Shown: one piece after another, positions 1-13,109 of the stretch
Position numbering within the stretch: the stretch's first letter is position 1
Layout of the letters: each line of letters starts with the position of its first letter
Source of the DNA: Lytechinus pictus
Taxonomy: Eukaryota
DNA: 64,000 nucleotides
Reading direction: 5' to 3'
Assembly (NCBI RefSeq): GCF_037042905.1
Contig: NC_087248.1
Location: forward strand, 6,014,001 to 6,078,000
The notes under the pieces: generated by a model
Seen by the model: only the letters and a program-made list of their open reading frames with translations
Database searches by the model: none
What the model was told of the DNA's origin: nothing
Program-made: the position numbers and the translations under genes

Positions 1-869
1 TTGATATCATTGTTAAAATGTTTATGCAAATATATGCCCTATCGGAGGGAAATAAAAAAAGCTTTATAAAACAAAAAAAAATGATTCGACTTATGATTGC
101 AGCTGGATTAGAGATCACACGCGATTCGCCCATGAGATGGTGGTATGATTATATCTAGCAGATATCTGTGACTTAAGTGTGTTTACATGTACAAATTCCT
201 TATTTACACAATTTATGATTAATTGAAAAGATTCAACAGTAAAGGAAATAAAATTCAGTTATATTGATATCGAGTAAATCATCACATGACTTCAGTAAAT
301 CTTAATGGGGCGTTGTCATCAGCCTTCCCGGTAATAAAGGCTTGTAAATCTCTGAGATTACCATTCAAAATGCACTTCTTAAACCGATTTATATGATTAT
401 GTAAATATACTTTTAATTCATCATAATAACCAAAAAGGCATACACAATAACGTTTTATTCACAACCCTTGGGTCCTGCGTGTCCTAAAATATTGGATGGG
501 GCATTTCGAAACTGTTTGATAACTATTTCATCACTGCCATAGACTAACTAAAGACGAGTATCATAAAACAATAAAATAGTTTGATTTATCAATCACATGG
601 TAGGCCTACATGCAGAACTACAGATAAACTGCAAAATTATAATTGACGTTATCTTGTTTACAAATGGCGCAAACAACTTTGATTCTGAAATGCAAAATGC
701 AAACAATTCATGACTCAAGTACCCTCTTCTCCTTCCTCCCTCCTCCCATGGACCTACTACTCTGTAGGTCCATGCTTCTCCAAAAGGGGGATATGAAATA
801 GCTGATGATTCGTTCAATATTTCATTTTGCTCGGATATTGATTGTGCAGTAATCACTGATATTGTTTAA

Positions 870-1665
870 TGGTAAGTTTCTATACTGAAATATTATTTAC
901 TGTAAGTTTAGTTGATGAATTTGCAAGAACAGAAATTCCACATTGTGCGGTATTTTTATTCGTTAATGCACCAAACTGGGTGTCAACAGATTTACTCCAA
1001 CACTCAATCATTCTTTTTAAATCGAGTCGATTTCATAATATTCAGGGATTGTTTGATTCTAAATGTAAGAGTATTCTCTGGTGGAAGGGACATTCCTCAG
1101 TTACACTATAACAATCGTAAGTCAGGGGTGCCGAATTTGCTAGAACGAACGAGAAAAGGACAGTATATTTCTATTAGAAAATTCAAATATTATTCCTGGA
1201 GAATATGGAGAAAATTACAATGGAAATCAATAATGACTGTTTGAATCTATGCATATAAGTAATCAAGTAAAAGCAGTTAAAAATTTTCCTCACTTTAAGA
1301 TTGCATTAAAGAAGCACCTAGAACTGGAATCTACTCGAGAACAGTATTCCCAGTAAAAGTCACACATTTTGTACAGTTGGTGTTAAGTAATGTAGATAAT
1401 GTAGTTATGATAAAATACAATTCTTTTTTAAAATTAGGTAGATTATTGTTTGCTTCAGGTATTTGCAAATTATTTGACTGATGGATGTGTATTTTTTACC
1501 ATATTCCTGTACTTGTCGTAGTGATGTATGTTTAATGTTTTATACTAACAATAGGACCCCATTGGAAATAAGCCTTTCGGCTGTCATGTGCCATGCTGTC
1601 ATGGTATTCTTCAATTTCATTGTAAACTCCTGTGATATTCTTGACGAATAAAATCAATCAATCAC
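870..1665 (+). mobile_element. Degenerate 3' end of a CR1/L2-type LINE
   Basis: Broken ORF2-like C-terminal residues (HYNNRKSG..RTRKGQ and, further on, SNQVKAVKNFPHFKIALKKHL), followed by an AT-rich 3' UTR ending in AATAAA and an (ATCA)n tail at ~1648-1665. Confidence 0.5.
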
Positions 1666-2569
1666 GATTAATTTCAAATAAAGCCAGTAAGTTCCATGAT
1701 ATAATTACAATCTGTTTATTTTCTTCTAAAGTTCGCACTTGGATTTAAGACTTGCAAGACAACATGATGACATGACTGAGAATAAAAATGCCAACATTCA
1801 GCAAGACGATTCACAGTCCATACGAGGTAATTCATTTTACATGATGGTGCAAAAGACGTAGTAGGGGACCATTTGCTGGTTGGGCTTTTGTTTCGGTGGT
1901 TGAGGAAAAGGGTCCCGTCCATTTTTAGCAGAATGTTCCGTTGACACTCTCTTGTGCAAATTGATAGTCCGAGTTAAAGTCAAAATGTGCGAGGTACTTT
2001 TGAAATAAGTCAAAAGCAAGTTTGGATGTTATTCAGACGGTTTATGGCCTATTGCATGCTGTGTACATATATATATATATACCAACGCATGCGAAATGGT
2101 TTCGGCTGGAGAGGTGATCTGACCCATGGAATCAATTGCCAGTGATCAATGCAATATCGATTCGATAAACTGTAATGATCTATATCTAAGCCTTAATTCG
2201 GTAAGTTTTTCCTTACTCAATATGTACTCGATTTGTTTGAAAAACCACTTTCTTATCCATGTCATAATCTACATTTCGCATGTCTCCAGCCAGCTGGAGT
2301 CATAGCCATGATACAGGTACAGTCCCACCGCGAGCTCAGGCAGGCAAATGGCATGGCATGGCATGCTAGTATCGTATGAAAGAGCTTTGCACACGAAAAG
2401 CAAGATCCATAGGGCCTGTAACACAAAGCTTAGCAATGATTGTAGAACACTTTTCTACGTTTGATTGTATTGACTGTAATGTACAATCAATCTAGACAAT
2501 CGAATCTATGATTAATCGTTAACTTTTGAGTTACCCGACTCTAATCTCGCGTTGTAGAGGTTTGCGAAA

Positions 2570-3140
2570 GGTGGCTAATATCGGGAGGGATTCAGCAACA
2601 TTCCGGAGGAAACCAGCAGATATCGGCTCGTTTTGAAATGTTCAAAACCAGCTGAGTACCCTTCAAAATGCTCCCGAATGCAGTCACAACAAATTTAATT
2701 CGGGCAACATTCGGGGTGTATTCGAATGATAATGGGTTGGATTAGGGGAGGCATTCGGAGTATTTTGGCAAGATTGGGACCTTTTCGTATCATTCGGGCA
2801 GTAACGGTCCGGGCTCGGCGCATACGGCCATATTCGTTCCGATTCGGGTCACCATGCGGATGGCCATTCGGCTGTAATCGGAGCGATCGGGCCACATTTG
2901 AGTCGGTTCTGGCCACCTTTGCCTCAATTCTTGACAAAACTCGGTTGGAATTCGGCTTTTTTCGGGATGGCCAAAATCTATTCGGGTCAATTCTTTGTGG
3001 GTCTGCAGTGCATCGGGACCTATTCGGGACCCATTTTGTCTCTATTCTGATAGCTCTCCGAATCACAGACGAATAAGTTCCGAAGCCATCCTAACCATGC
3101 CATATTTGGACAGAATCAGTCCGAATTTATTCGAGAGAAT
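2570..3140. repeat. Interspersed repeat fragment rich in ATTCGG/CCGAAT motifs
   Basis: GC-richer block with recurrent ttcgg/ccgaat motifs in both orientations; overlapping ORFs on both strands have no recognisable domain. Confidence 0.4.
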
Positions 3141-3574
3141 TTGGTTTTGGTGTAAACATAACTTAAATTCCACTTTTAGTTTGATATAGCCTAATTCTAG
3201 CCATGTCTATTTGAAATATATCTGGACTGCAAAATGCCCCGGTATTAATTTAACACCAGCCCGGTATCTAAATCGGAAAACACCAGTTTAGAATTAAATC
3301 TATATTATTTCAACAGTAATTGGCGTTGCTTAAATGTCTTTCTGGTGTTAGCCTAACGCCAGTCTGGTTCTGTTTAAAAACGTATCTGATGTTTCTTATA
3401 TACATGTAGATACCGGGCTGGAGTTAAATTTCTGTTAACACCGGCATTTTTAGTATGATGTAAATCTGAGAGCCGTTTGGAGAGAACTTCTTGTAAATTG
3501 CACAGATGCAAGCCATTGCTCTTAAATAAGATTTCGTTGTACCATATATCTTTAACCTTTTTCTTGTTCAGATA

Positions 3575-4555
3575 ATGGCCTCCAGGATGGATCGCTGGTT
3601 TAATATTTTCTTGCCTTCACTTCAAACGGAGCTGTTGTTTTTTGTGTCCGCCATGCTAACACTATCTTTAGTAAAACTTGGATCTGCATCAGATGTGGAC
3701 TCGATTGAACGAATGACTTTAATTGCTGATGAAGCTGGTAATATACCATTCGAACTCCACTGGGACATTGATGAAAGTCTCGAAGTACACCCTTACTTTA
3801 CTATTCACTTAAACTCACTGGAACGCCCTTTTAACGTAAATGGACAAAATGATCCGCTTGGGTTTATGAGCGAATCTCAAGCCATGAGATTTACAGTTAC
3901 AAAAACTGATTCGAGAAGAGGTTTTATTGCAGTAAATATACATATAACTAATGTCCAGATTTCGGACGCTGCTGTGTATATATTCAAATTGATTTTGTTT
4001 GATCACCCGCATAACTTCCACAGAACGTTGAGGAAAGAGGTAGAAGTTTTCATTCCCCGTGGTCGTGCAACGTGTAAAATTAGAAATAGTGCTTACTCAT
4101 CCCATTTGCGTGAGGTACACTGCAAAGCTGATACAAGAGGACATAATACCACCATAACGTGTTTTCAAAACGGAATGAAGGCCCCTTATAAATGTCGTCA
4201 TCAAAAATCAAACCAACATGATATGTCACATACACATACTCATCGGACATTTTGGTTGAGTAAATTTGGTGATGTCTCGTGTTGTTCACACGAAACAAAA
4301 GTTAATGTAAATGAAAGTACTTGTGTTGATTTTAGAGGAAATTATCAGTCATATGAAAAGCCTGTAAGTTCGAGTAGGCCTAGTATGGTTCCTGAAATCT
4401 CATTTGATCCCACATCCATGAAGCCCTACCTAGCACCAACAGATTCGGGGTGTAGTAAACACGACGTAAATTTTATATTCGAGTCATTTCTTCTTGTAGC
4501 TACGATCTATATTCTACATGTATCAACTTGCTCTCATTCATGTGTAATAACCTAG
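3575..4555 (+). CDS. Single-coding-exon Ig-like cell-surface protein (326 aa): signal peptide, Cys-less V-type Ig-like domain, Cys-rich second domain, S/P-rich stalk, hydrophobic GPI/TM-like tail
   Basis: ATG directly follows a strong acceptor (ttttcttgttcag|ataATG); candidate non-coding upstream exon donor at 2201 (tcg|gtaagt). Ig E-F strand motif IHITNVQISDAAVY; second domain C..C..CFQ..FW..CC..C; C-terminal FIFESFLLVATIYIL. Paralogous to 9283..9987. Confidence 0.8.
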   Translation: MASRMDRWFNIFLPSLQTELLFFVSAMLTLSLVKLGSASDVDSIERMTLIADEAGNIPFELHWDIDESLEVHPYFTIHLNSLERPFNVNGQNDPLGFMSESQAMRFTVTKTDSRRGFIAVNIHITNVQISDAAVYIFKLILFDHPHNFHRTLRKEVEVFIPRGRATCKIRNSAYSSHLREVHCKADTRGHNTTITCFQNGMKAPYKCRHQKSNQHDMSHTHTHRTFWLSKFGDVSCCSHETKVNVNESTCVDFRGNYQSYEKPVSSSRPSMVPEISFDPTSMKPYLAPTDSGCSKHDVNFIFESFLLVATIYILHVSTCSHSCVIT

Positions 4556-5809
4556 TGTAAGAGTCAATACAGGTATTCCGCTGTTTTCTTTTTCGTTTCG
4601 TGGTCAAATTATCATTGTATTACTATACATCTCAAATATTCATACCATGTGATACATCACCCAAGTGAAAGCCATTTACAACATCAAAAGACAAAGGACA
4701 ATCAATGGTGATCACTGAAGTAAAGATTTTATTCATGATTATTATACATAATGATTATGTAACACGTGGTATACTAAAAAATATGGACAATTCGTCGGAA
4801 AAACGAAAGTTATACTTCCGACGACCTCTACTATAAAATGATTAAAATCGTTTACTGATGGTTTATAATGATATCATTTTTTTTCTACTGTTTGACTCAG
4901 ATGATAAATTATGTCTTGTTTTGATAGAAATATGACGCATGACCATGCCATATTAACACATTTCAACGTCTTCCAAATGTAATTAGTTGCTTAAAAGAAC
5001 TATAATTATGAAATATAATATGGCATTTATGTAAACAGTGCTTTTCAATTGAAAATCAATATTATCCTACCCATTTCACTAATATATCTTTGATTTTATT
5101 ACGTACATGCATCTACCTCGTATTGTTTTTAAATATTGTGATATGAAAAATAAATACCAATACCAACATGATTTGAGTGTTGTCGCACCTTGTATGAGCG
5201 GATGGTATTATTTGTGTAGTCAATAAAAAAATCAAGAATAAAGAAAATTGTAAATAATGAATGTATCTCATGTAAATATTTGTAGAAATGATGGGAAGGA
5301 AATGGGAAATATCTTAGTCAGTCTTTATCCAAATGGTTTACTAGGAAATGGTCTAATTCGAAGGTAATAATACTAATAACAATAATAATAAGCTCGTCTG
5401 ACACCAACATGTCTAAATAGAGTTGGTCTACTACCTATTGAGTATATCAACCATTTGGTCAAAACATGAATTGGTCTATCACTCACTTGGTCTAATTGTC
5501 ATTTGGTCTAATGTCCAGATGGTATAATGACTTCGCGTACTTACTTTTTTTTGCACTTTGTCAAATTGAAATAAGGTTCATAAACAGTTTACCTAACCAG
5601 CGGTGTTAGACCAAATGGATATAGGATGAAATTGATATCGTCTTACTGGAAATTAGACAAATTGGCAAAGGGACGACATAGCAATTGCACAAAAGGCATC
5701 ATAGACGAAGTGAATGCTGACACTAAACGAAAAAAAAAAAAACACATATTGGGTGTAGACCTAGGGATTCCCCCTCGTAATCATGATAAATAGCAGGGAT
5801 GTTGTTGAT

Positions 5810-6070
5810 GGAGATGATGATGATGATGGTAGTTATAACGACTGTAATGATGATAGTGCTAACAATGATGGTGATCGTGATGATAAGGGTGTGGATTTTA
5901 AAGAGGATTTTTTTTAACCAAAAAAATTGATTGTGATAACAATAGTAATGATGAGGATGGTGATGATGGTATTGATGGTACTGACGGTGATTATAGCGAT
6001 GATTATGATAATGGTATTGATGATTATGGTGGGGATGATGATAATAATGATGATAAATGATAAATAAATG
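5810..6070. repeat. Degenerate (GAT/GGT)n trinucleotide low-complexity tract (another at ~6328-6435)
   Basis: Visible (gat)n-type repeats; source of the spurious poly-His/Ile ORFs. Confidence 0.85.
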
Positions 6071-6149
6071 ATAAATCCATAATTTATTGTTCGAAATAGA
6101 CATGAAATGAAATACTCCGAAAATTTGCTTTGCCCAATTGATCGTGGGC

Positions 6150-6326
6150 CCGGCAGCCGCTGTGCAGCGCCAGATCGACGAGGCTCTATCCCTTTAATCG
6201 TTGAACGCCAAACAGGGTAGCAGCAACTCCCATCTTTTAACGTCTTTTGGTCTGACGCGGCCGGGGTTTGAACACCCGACCTCCCGGTTGTGAGACGGAC
6301 GCTCTACCAACTGAGCCAACACACCG
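6150..6326 (-). mobile_element. tRNA-derived SINE
   Basis: Minus strand reads cggtgtgtTGGCTCAGTTGGtagagcgtccgtctcacaaccgggaggtcgggtGTTCAAACCccggcc (pol III A and B boxes) and continues into a non-tRNA body. Confidence 0.75.
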
Positions 6327-6533
6327 ATGGTAATGATAGTGGTGATAATGACGATTATGAAAATGATGATGGTGATGATGATGGTGGAGATGGTAAAGGT
6401 TGTGGGGATGATAAAAATGATGGTGATGATCGTGATCTAACTGTTTTCTAGTATTCTTTATCATCTACATCAGATGCTGTTGAAAAAAACATTTTTTAGC
6501 GTCATTATCTTGTCTGTCGCAGAATTCGTATTT

Positions 6534-8536
6534 TCACTCGTTTCCCATCACTTTCTCAAAGAAATATTTGCTTCTAGGCTTTCCGATCACGGTCGAAACG
6601 ACATGGCACTTTTCATAATGTTGCAGGTCTCCGCTTTCATCCTGTGGTTCGTCTTTATAAGCGTAGGACATCCTCTTATCAGAAGAACTGGAAGAACAAC
6701 AACTCTTCGCACAATCACTTGACGATCCATCAGCTTCCAGGACGCTATCGACGTTTCCTCGGAAATGGCAGTGGATTTCCTCACTAGACTGTGAGTCATT
6801 CAGACTTGACAATGCCAAATCAAGCCTCTCGTTTGGAATCTCATAGAATGGACAATCACTTACTCTTGACGATGGTGGTCGCGGTTCTGTAGATTTCAAA
6901 TCATCTACACCAGTTAGTTGGACAGCAGGTGTTTGAGATTCGTACCTCCCCCAATCTAGCAACTTTCGCCATCCTAAAGCAACCATTGTGGCACAAAGTA
7001 GAAGTCCAAGAACCACTGCAAAAGCAAGGGCAACCTTCCAGAACATTCTCCAAAATGTCTTGGATGCATCGGCGATAGAGTTTAGTGTTGTTATATTTGA
7101 TGGTGTGCTGGTGTGTAAGTAAAATGTTACGTTCGTCAAAATTTCTACTTCTTCGTTACTTACTAGAGTTTCAGTGGAACTACTCAACGTATCACAGAAT
7201 GAGTAGCATGCCACTAAATTCTGTTGAGCTTCTTGAGTTGTGCTATGATCACAAGTAACAATACCAGGTCCCATCAAGTTCTCTAGAATACTGCAAGATA
7301 TGATGTAGGTCCATTCAGTATCGTCTTCTCTCAAAACATATTGCCCTTTCTTTTCGAAGATGGCTGCGCCGTTCAAGGACCATCGGAAAGTGATGTTTTC
7401 GGTGCTTCTCACTTTGGTAGAACATTTAGAGAGACATGCTGACTGTCCTCATCATACATGTCATACGTAAGAGTAGTCCAATCTTCTCGTTTACTATCAT
7501 GACTATCAACATATTTTGGATCATTAGATTCGCAATCGGGTAATACATTTTTATTTACGTGCCTAACGATAACGGACGACTGATGTCTAGAAGTTCCATC
7601 AGCGTTCCATGCCTCACACGTGATATTCAAAACCTCTCCGTCTTCTGTTGGGTTTACGAATACGGTCAAATCTTTCGAATGGGAGACACATTGTACAAAG
7701 GCTTCTTCTGGAGAACAAGGCCAATGGTATCCTTCTACCGGTGGGTACCCAGCTCCCAAACATTGGAAAGACATGGAGACTGCCATTGGCCAGGATATCT
7801 CAATTTGATCTGGAACAACTTCTACTGCCGGAGGATGAATGACATTAAATGGACCCAGTGAACAATTAGCTCTTCAACCTGGAAACTCCGTGCTCGTTGC
7901 CAGACAGAATATAATTTCATGGTGGAGTAATCGTGTAATGGTGATGTTTGCTATGAGTGTTGAACTGGCTTCTTCGTGTTCTTCAGGTGGCGCAAATTGT
8001 GAATCTTATGATGTTGAATTCGACCACACCCATCTAAGTACAGCTAGAGGATTGCTCCGAGATGCTTCACACTGAATGTCAAGCTGGTCTCCTTCTTCAA
8101 GATCAGCTGAGCTGGTTTGTCCACCACAGGTCAGTCCATCTTCCCTTAAGAAGTACAGATCATTCAATCTCCCATAGGTGGAAGATAATATTGGGACTGA
8201 CAGATCATAAATTATCAGTGAACATCTATACAAAGCGTCTATTTCTCTTGTAACGTTCTGAAAGAGGAGTCGGGAGGTTACCTGTCTCGGCTCGTCGTCT
8301 GTTGATGATGTAATTTTGGCAACGGTTTCTCTTGAACATTCTCGGTCTTGCTGTTTGTCCAGTATGAAGATGCAGAGGAAACATGTACGCTGGATTGGAG
8401 GGTGCACTCGAATGACCCGATTCACCCTCCTGTACGGTGGCATCTATGGGTTGCGTTATAAACGTAAAATTATTCGAGCACAAGATATATGCATTGCATT
8501 ATACTGAATTAGTACAAGTATCAGCAATAAACTCAT
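6534..8536 (-). pseudogene. Intronless multi-Ig-domain type I membrane receptor (nephrin/CADM/CD22-like architecture), disrupted
   Basis: Signal peptide MSLLLILVLIQ from ATG at 8536. Ig motifs are spread across frames: FITQPIDATVQEGES, FECTL..YW, LLFQNVTREIDALYRC, IQCEASRSNPLAVLRW, FQCLGAGYPP..YHW, ITCEAWNADG, ITFRWSLNG. TM VALAFAVVLGLLLCATMVALGW and a Tyr-containing tail. In-frame stops at 8006-8008 and 7874-7876 plus about four frameshifts. Confidence 0.75.
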
Positions 8537-9282
8537 TTTTGCAAAAGACATACGACCTTGGTCCAGTAGGCCTACATGTACATAAGTTTCAGAAGTTGAA
8601 AACGCGAAGTGATGTCAGATGAATGGTAAAATTTTATCATGATGGGATGTTTAAAAGATGTATACAAATTTCAAACAAGGACTTATTGGGTAAAATATTC
8701 CACGTTCTTGAAGTATTTTGATCGAAACTCTTCCTTGAAGTTAAGCTGATAGGTTTCGACTTGCGTGATAAATTATCTGGATAAGTGGGTGCTCCAATTA
8801 AAAAAAAAGGTGCATACTAAGTTTCTCTTCGTTTGAACAACGGAAGTGGTTCTTTGCTTTGTTTATTGTTTTACAAGAGCATTACGAGAGATGTATGGAG
8901 AATCAGCATGACACTTCTAATACCCACTTTCCCTGAAACGTGTTCTTGACAGTGCATAGCAATCGGAAATTAGACAATTGCACTTACAAGAAACTTTGAA
9001 AATCTTCGCTCGTTCATCGTTGATTGATTTCGTTTTATCTTTCAACTGCACGTTATTCTCGTATTACCAAAGTTGAAGCGATGAACTGCATTCCACAAAT
9101 TTCAGGCAACTTAAGCATTTCGTAATATACTCAAAAGTTTATGCAGTCTTGATTTTTATCCGGGAGGAACTTTCATTTGTTGAGAACATTTTCGACATTG
9201 AGCTAGTATATAGCCCTTGGACGTAATATTTGCTTAATTGAATGGTAAAACTAGTCTGAAGTACTCTATTTGTACGAGCAGA

Positions 9283-9987
9283 ATGGGGCTAATACACACA
9301 TTAGCAGTACTTTTCATTAGCCTTGTTACTTCGGGAATATCTTCTGCTTCCATAAGAGGAAGACAAGTCTATGAATTTCCCGAGGGGGAAGATGCCACAG
9401 TTTTCTTTCACCATGACACCACTTCAAGTGAAACCACCTACTCCTACGACTTATTTGCACCCGATCAAGACTGTGTCTTCTGCGTGGATGGGATCATGGA
9501 TACGTCGTGCCTTTCACCTGGACAAAGACACCGTGTCCTGGTACAATCCAACAGGAACAAAACTTTGAAGATGGTGTCCATGTCGCTTCAGGAGATAGTA
9601 CGATCCGATAGAGGGTTCTACATTCTAGCACTGAGGGAAACAATTGATGATCGCGTTACCAATCTAATCCAAGTGGCTTACATAGATGTCACCTTTCCTC
9701 CCGGTGAGGCACGGTGTGAGCTTCGATCCTCTCTGTATGGCCCCAAATGGAAAGAACTGCACTGCACCGCAACGGTCGGCAACGACGGAAAGGGTAACCT
9801 TACCTGCTTCCAAGACTCGACGGAGTGTGTATTTCTGAGTCCTGTTACCTACTCTTCAACCCACATATCTGCTACATTCTGGGTAGATCCGGATAATCCT
9901 GTACAGTGCTGTTCATTTCCTACCGATGATTCGATTACACGGCAGTCGTGTCGGCAGTTCACTCATTCTCCAGTGGCAAGAGACTAA
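9283..9987 (+). CDS. Single-coding-exon secreted Ig-like protein (234 aa), paralog of 3575..4555
   Basis: ATG at 9283 gives signal peptide MGLIHTLAVLFISLVTSGISSA. Ig motif MSLQEIVRSDRGFY; second domain ARCEL..ELHCTA..LTCFQ..FWV..QCCSF..CRQF matches the Cys spacing of the upstream paralog; no hydrophobic tail. Confidence 0.8.
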   Translation: MGLIHTLAVLFISLVTSGISSASIRGRQVYEFPEGEDATVFFHHDTTSSETTYSYDLFAPDQDCVFCVDGIMDTSCLSPGQRHRVLVQSNRNKTLKMVSMSLQEIVRSDRGFYILALRETIDDRVTNLIQVAYIDVTFPPGEARCELRSSLYGPKWKELHCTATVGNDGKGNLTCFQDSTECVFLSPVTYSSTHISATFWVDPDNPVQCCSFPTDDSITRQSCRQFTHSPVARD

Positions 9988-11914
9988 CATGACTGAAGGC
10001 CATTGGACGGCATTTCTTAAGTTTTAAAATGAAACAATAGGTTTAAAATTCCTAGTTTGAACCTTTATGAATTAACCATAAGTGTTGCATCCCGACGATA
10101 CCCGAAGCCGTAAACTTCTTAGATTGGTGGCAAGTCGAGCGAAGCAAAATGGGTTTTTGAGACTTTTATGTATACGCTGTAATTGCGTATGTGATAAGAA
10201 ATGTATCTATTTGATATTGTTAATCGGTGCGTTTTTACTTAGACATTTGCACATAAATATTTATCTCCTTTTACTCTATGATACATAAAATAGCAAACAT
10301 ACATTATGTGAATTCCAACAGACTAAATATCCTTCAGATTGGTTTCTAAACCTGTATTATGTTCTTCAGTGAACAGTTTTTTACATCGATGTTCTGTAGG
10401 AATGATCAATACTGCACAAATCCTATTTTCTTTTTTTGAATTATTCGCCTTGTATCTATTGAATACTGGTAATAATGATAATTTTCTTTCTCTCTCTCTC
10501 TCTCTCTTTTGCTGGTTAATTATGCACTTGCCACATTTTCAAAGAGCCCATTTATATCATACTATGTGGATTGAAAAGAAAGATAATAAACGTTTAATTA
10601 TGTTACTGTGCAATGTACAAGTATATTGATTTATTATTAGTGATTTATTATTTTCTCAGCTTCGTCACCTCACATTGCATCAGTACCATTACAAAATTAC
10701 TTAAGTTCAACTCTTGTCCCTTTAAATAGATCTATATTGTTACTTTGGGAAAGGTAGCTTTTAGGGGTCTTTAGACTGTAGATAGATATAGGGACGATCA
10801 TGGATATACAAAAAATAAGTTTTATTATTGTGTCATATTTTTGATGAAATTTGTATTAGGTTAAATTAATAAATTCAATAGAGCAATAAATTAATATAAA
10901 CTCAATTTCGTCATGTTCGTGGGGTGAATTTGGCACCAGCGAGATTTCCAGCTCATAAATTTATGACCTCAAAGGGGGTATATATCGCAGAAAGTTATTT
11001 AGAAGCAAAAAATGTATGTTATACCTGCATTTATGGAACAATAAAATCATCTTGTATTTCGAATGCTGTATCAAATGAAAATGTTATAAATTTATATCGT
11101 CGTGATTTTGTTCTAGATAATTAGTGAAGGAAGACAAATTACAGTGATTTATAATGATCTTAAGGAGTAGTTTCGATCTTGATTCGGAAGAATAGATAAT
11201 TTATTTTCTGAAGTTTAACATTCGGGTTACGGATTGACTGGATAGCCAACTTAATTTTTCATACAAAATGAAACTAGAATGTTATGATAAAACGGTGTTG
11301 TCCAAATACTATCAAGAACCTGTTTCCTACCAAGTGGCCATTTCATAACACTTGTTATAATATCACGTATTCTATAATAGTTGAAAACTACTGAAATCCT
11401 TTATTTTGATTGGCTGATTGTAGAATTGTTATAGAAATTTTGCATCTGTTATTATACAGGTTTTCATGAAACATGACCCTCATATGAAATAACAAAAGAT
11501 CCCGTTTCATGAGGAATACTATCACTGACAAACTTCCATGCAAAAATGGTTATCGTCCTTTAATATCAATATTCTTACTTGGCCAATTATAATGATGGAT
11601 TTCACAAACTGAAAACCTTCATGAAATGACTCACAATTGCAGTTACCATTTGATCACTTTTTAACATTCTACTTTTTACCACTACATGTATGTTTGTTCT
11701 CTGTCTCGTGCCATCTTATTCATTCTCTCACCAACCTTCTCCCTCTATCTATGTCAATTCACCTGTTTTCCTTTCTCTCTTTTCTCATCTCTCGCATTTT
11801 TTTACAATACACCTATTTCTAAATTTCAACTCCTTTATGTTTCTCTCTTATCTATTTATTATTCATTCTTTACCCCCACCTTCACCCGCTCTCCCATCCC
11901 CCCCCCTCCTCTTC

Positions 11915-11948
<34 letters not shown>

Positions 11949-12439
11949 TTTCCTTCTCTTTCCGTTCGTAATTGGTTGATATTATGTGCCTTGCATCTCA
12001 TCTTTTCTGTTCTTTTCATCCAGCCTCATTATATCTATCCACAATTTATCACTCTTCGACAGTAGCCGTCACTTATGGTTTCAAGTATTAATGGCTGATT
12101 TTTATTACATATCACGTCCACAGAGAGCGATACAGTATTTACCATTCCATACTTTGTGTCAAAGTTCGATCTTGTCATTGTATTCAAATTCACCAGATAA
12201 GATTTGATTTATTATCTTTTTATTTAATGATGTCTGATTCTTGATAATATTATACAAATACCTTAAACAGTGTGTCTTGATGACCCACTCTTTCAAAGTA
12301 CAGAAGTGCTTTGATCGATAATAAATTTTGCGGTATTCTATTTTTACGATCGGAGTTTAAAGAAGTTTTTTTCTGGCTGAATCGTCTAGAAAAAAAACAA
12401 AACCCAGTGATCATACAAATAATCACGTATTAATTTCAT

Positions 12440-13020
12440 AATTTTCTTTATTCCTTAATGATATATTCAAGTAACATTTAGTAGATTAATGTTCACTGCA
12501 CGGAGAGAGATGTAAACGGTTTGAAGTAAACGTACGATTATTCTTCTGAGCTCGATTTACACTGCAAAATTTGTGTTGTAAAGTTAACAAGAACGTCTGC
12601 ACAGTACACCACATCAATCTTTACACCAGTGTCCGATGTGTAAATTTGATACCTAAGGTTGTGATCCAAATATCAGGGCCCCGTCTTACAAAGAGTTACT
12701 ATTGATCCGATCAATCAAGTATATGATAATCCATCAATGTCATAATTTTTTCTTTTGGAAATTTGCTCAATTTTCTTTGGAAACAAAGAGAAACATACTG
12801 AATTGCCAAAAATACAGTGAATGTATGAATATACATAATTTCTAGAAAATATTTTGATTTATTAACAGGCATTTTAGATGTTGACGTTGCTGGCTTTACA
12901 TGTATGCGATTGATCGAATCATTCGCAAATCTTTGTAAGACAGGCCCCAGATGTGGGACTTGTGAAGAAATAAAGTTTGGTAGGTCTGTATCGATCACCA
13001 TCCTGCGAACTTGCTATTGC
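12440..13020 (-). other. Candidate 3'-UTR exon of centrocin-like gene A
   Basis: Strong minus-strand acceptor tttacttgttctttttacag| at 13021-13022 and AATAAA at ~12447-12452; pairs with the perfect donor CAG|GTAAG at 15486/15485 just after the gene A stop. Confidence 0.45.
12677..12947. mobile_element. MITE, PIF/Harbinger-like
   Basis: TIRs ggccccgtcttacaaaga / tctttgtaagacaggccc flanked by a CAG 3-bp duplication. Confidence 0.65.
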
Positions 13021-13109
13021 CTGTAAAAAGAACAAGTAAAATAAACACTCTTTATTTAATGAAACTGTCTTTCATTTCTTATTCCGAATTAAGATGGGTA
13101 TACCTCATC

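Noticed and set aside
2695-3189. Overlapping Arg-rich ORFs on both strands (also 32685-33242)
   Set aside because: They lie inside GC-richer repeat elements and show no domain or splice context.
6240-6326. Possible tRNA gene (also 13682-13750)
   Set aside because: A/B boxes are present but the acceptor stem is imperfect and the sequence continues into a SINE-like body.
5723-6464. His-rich ORFs (also 32245-32601 and the poly-Tyr/Leu/Val ORFs at 41973-42831)
   Set aside because: Translations of (GAT)n and (GTA)n microsatellites, some bridging N gaps.
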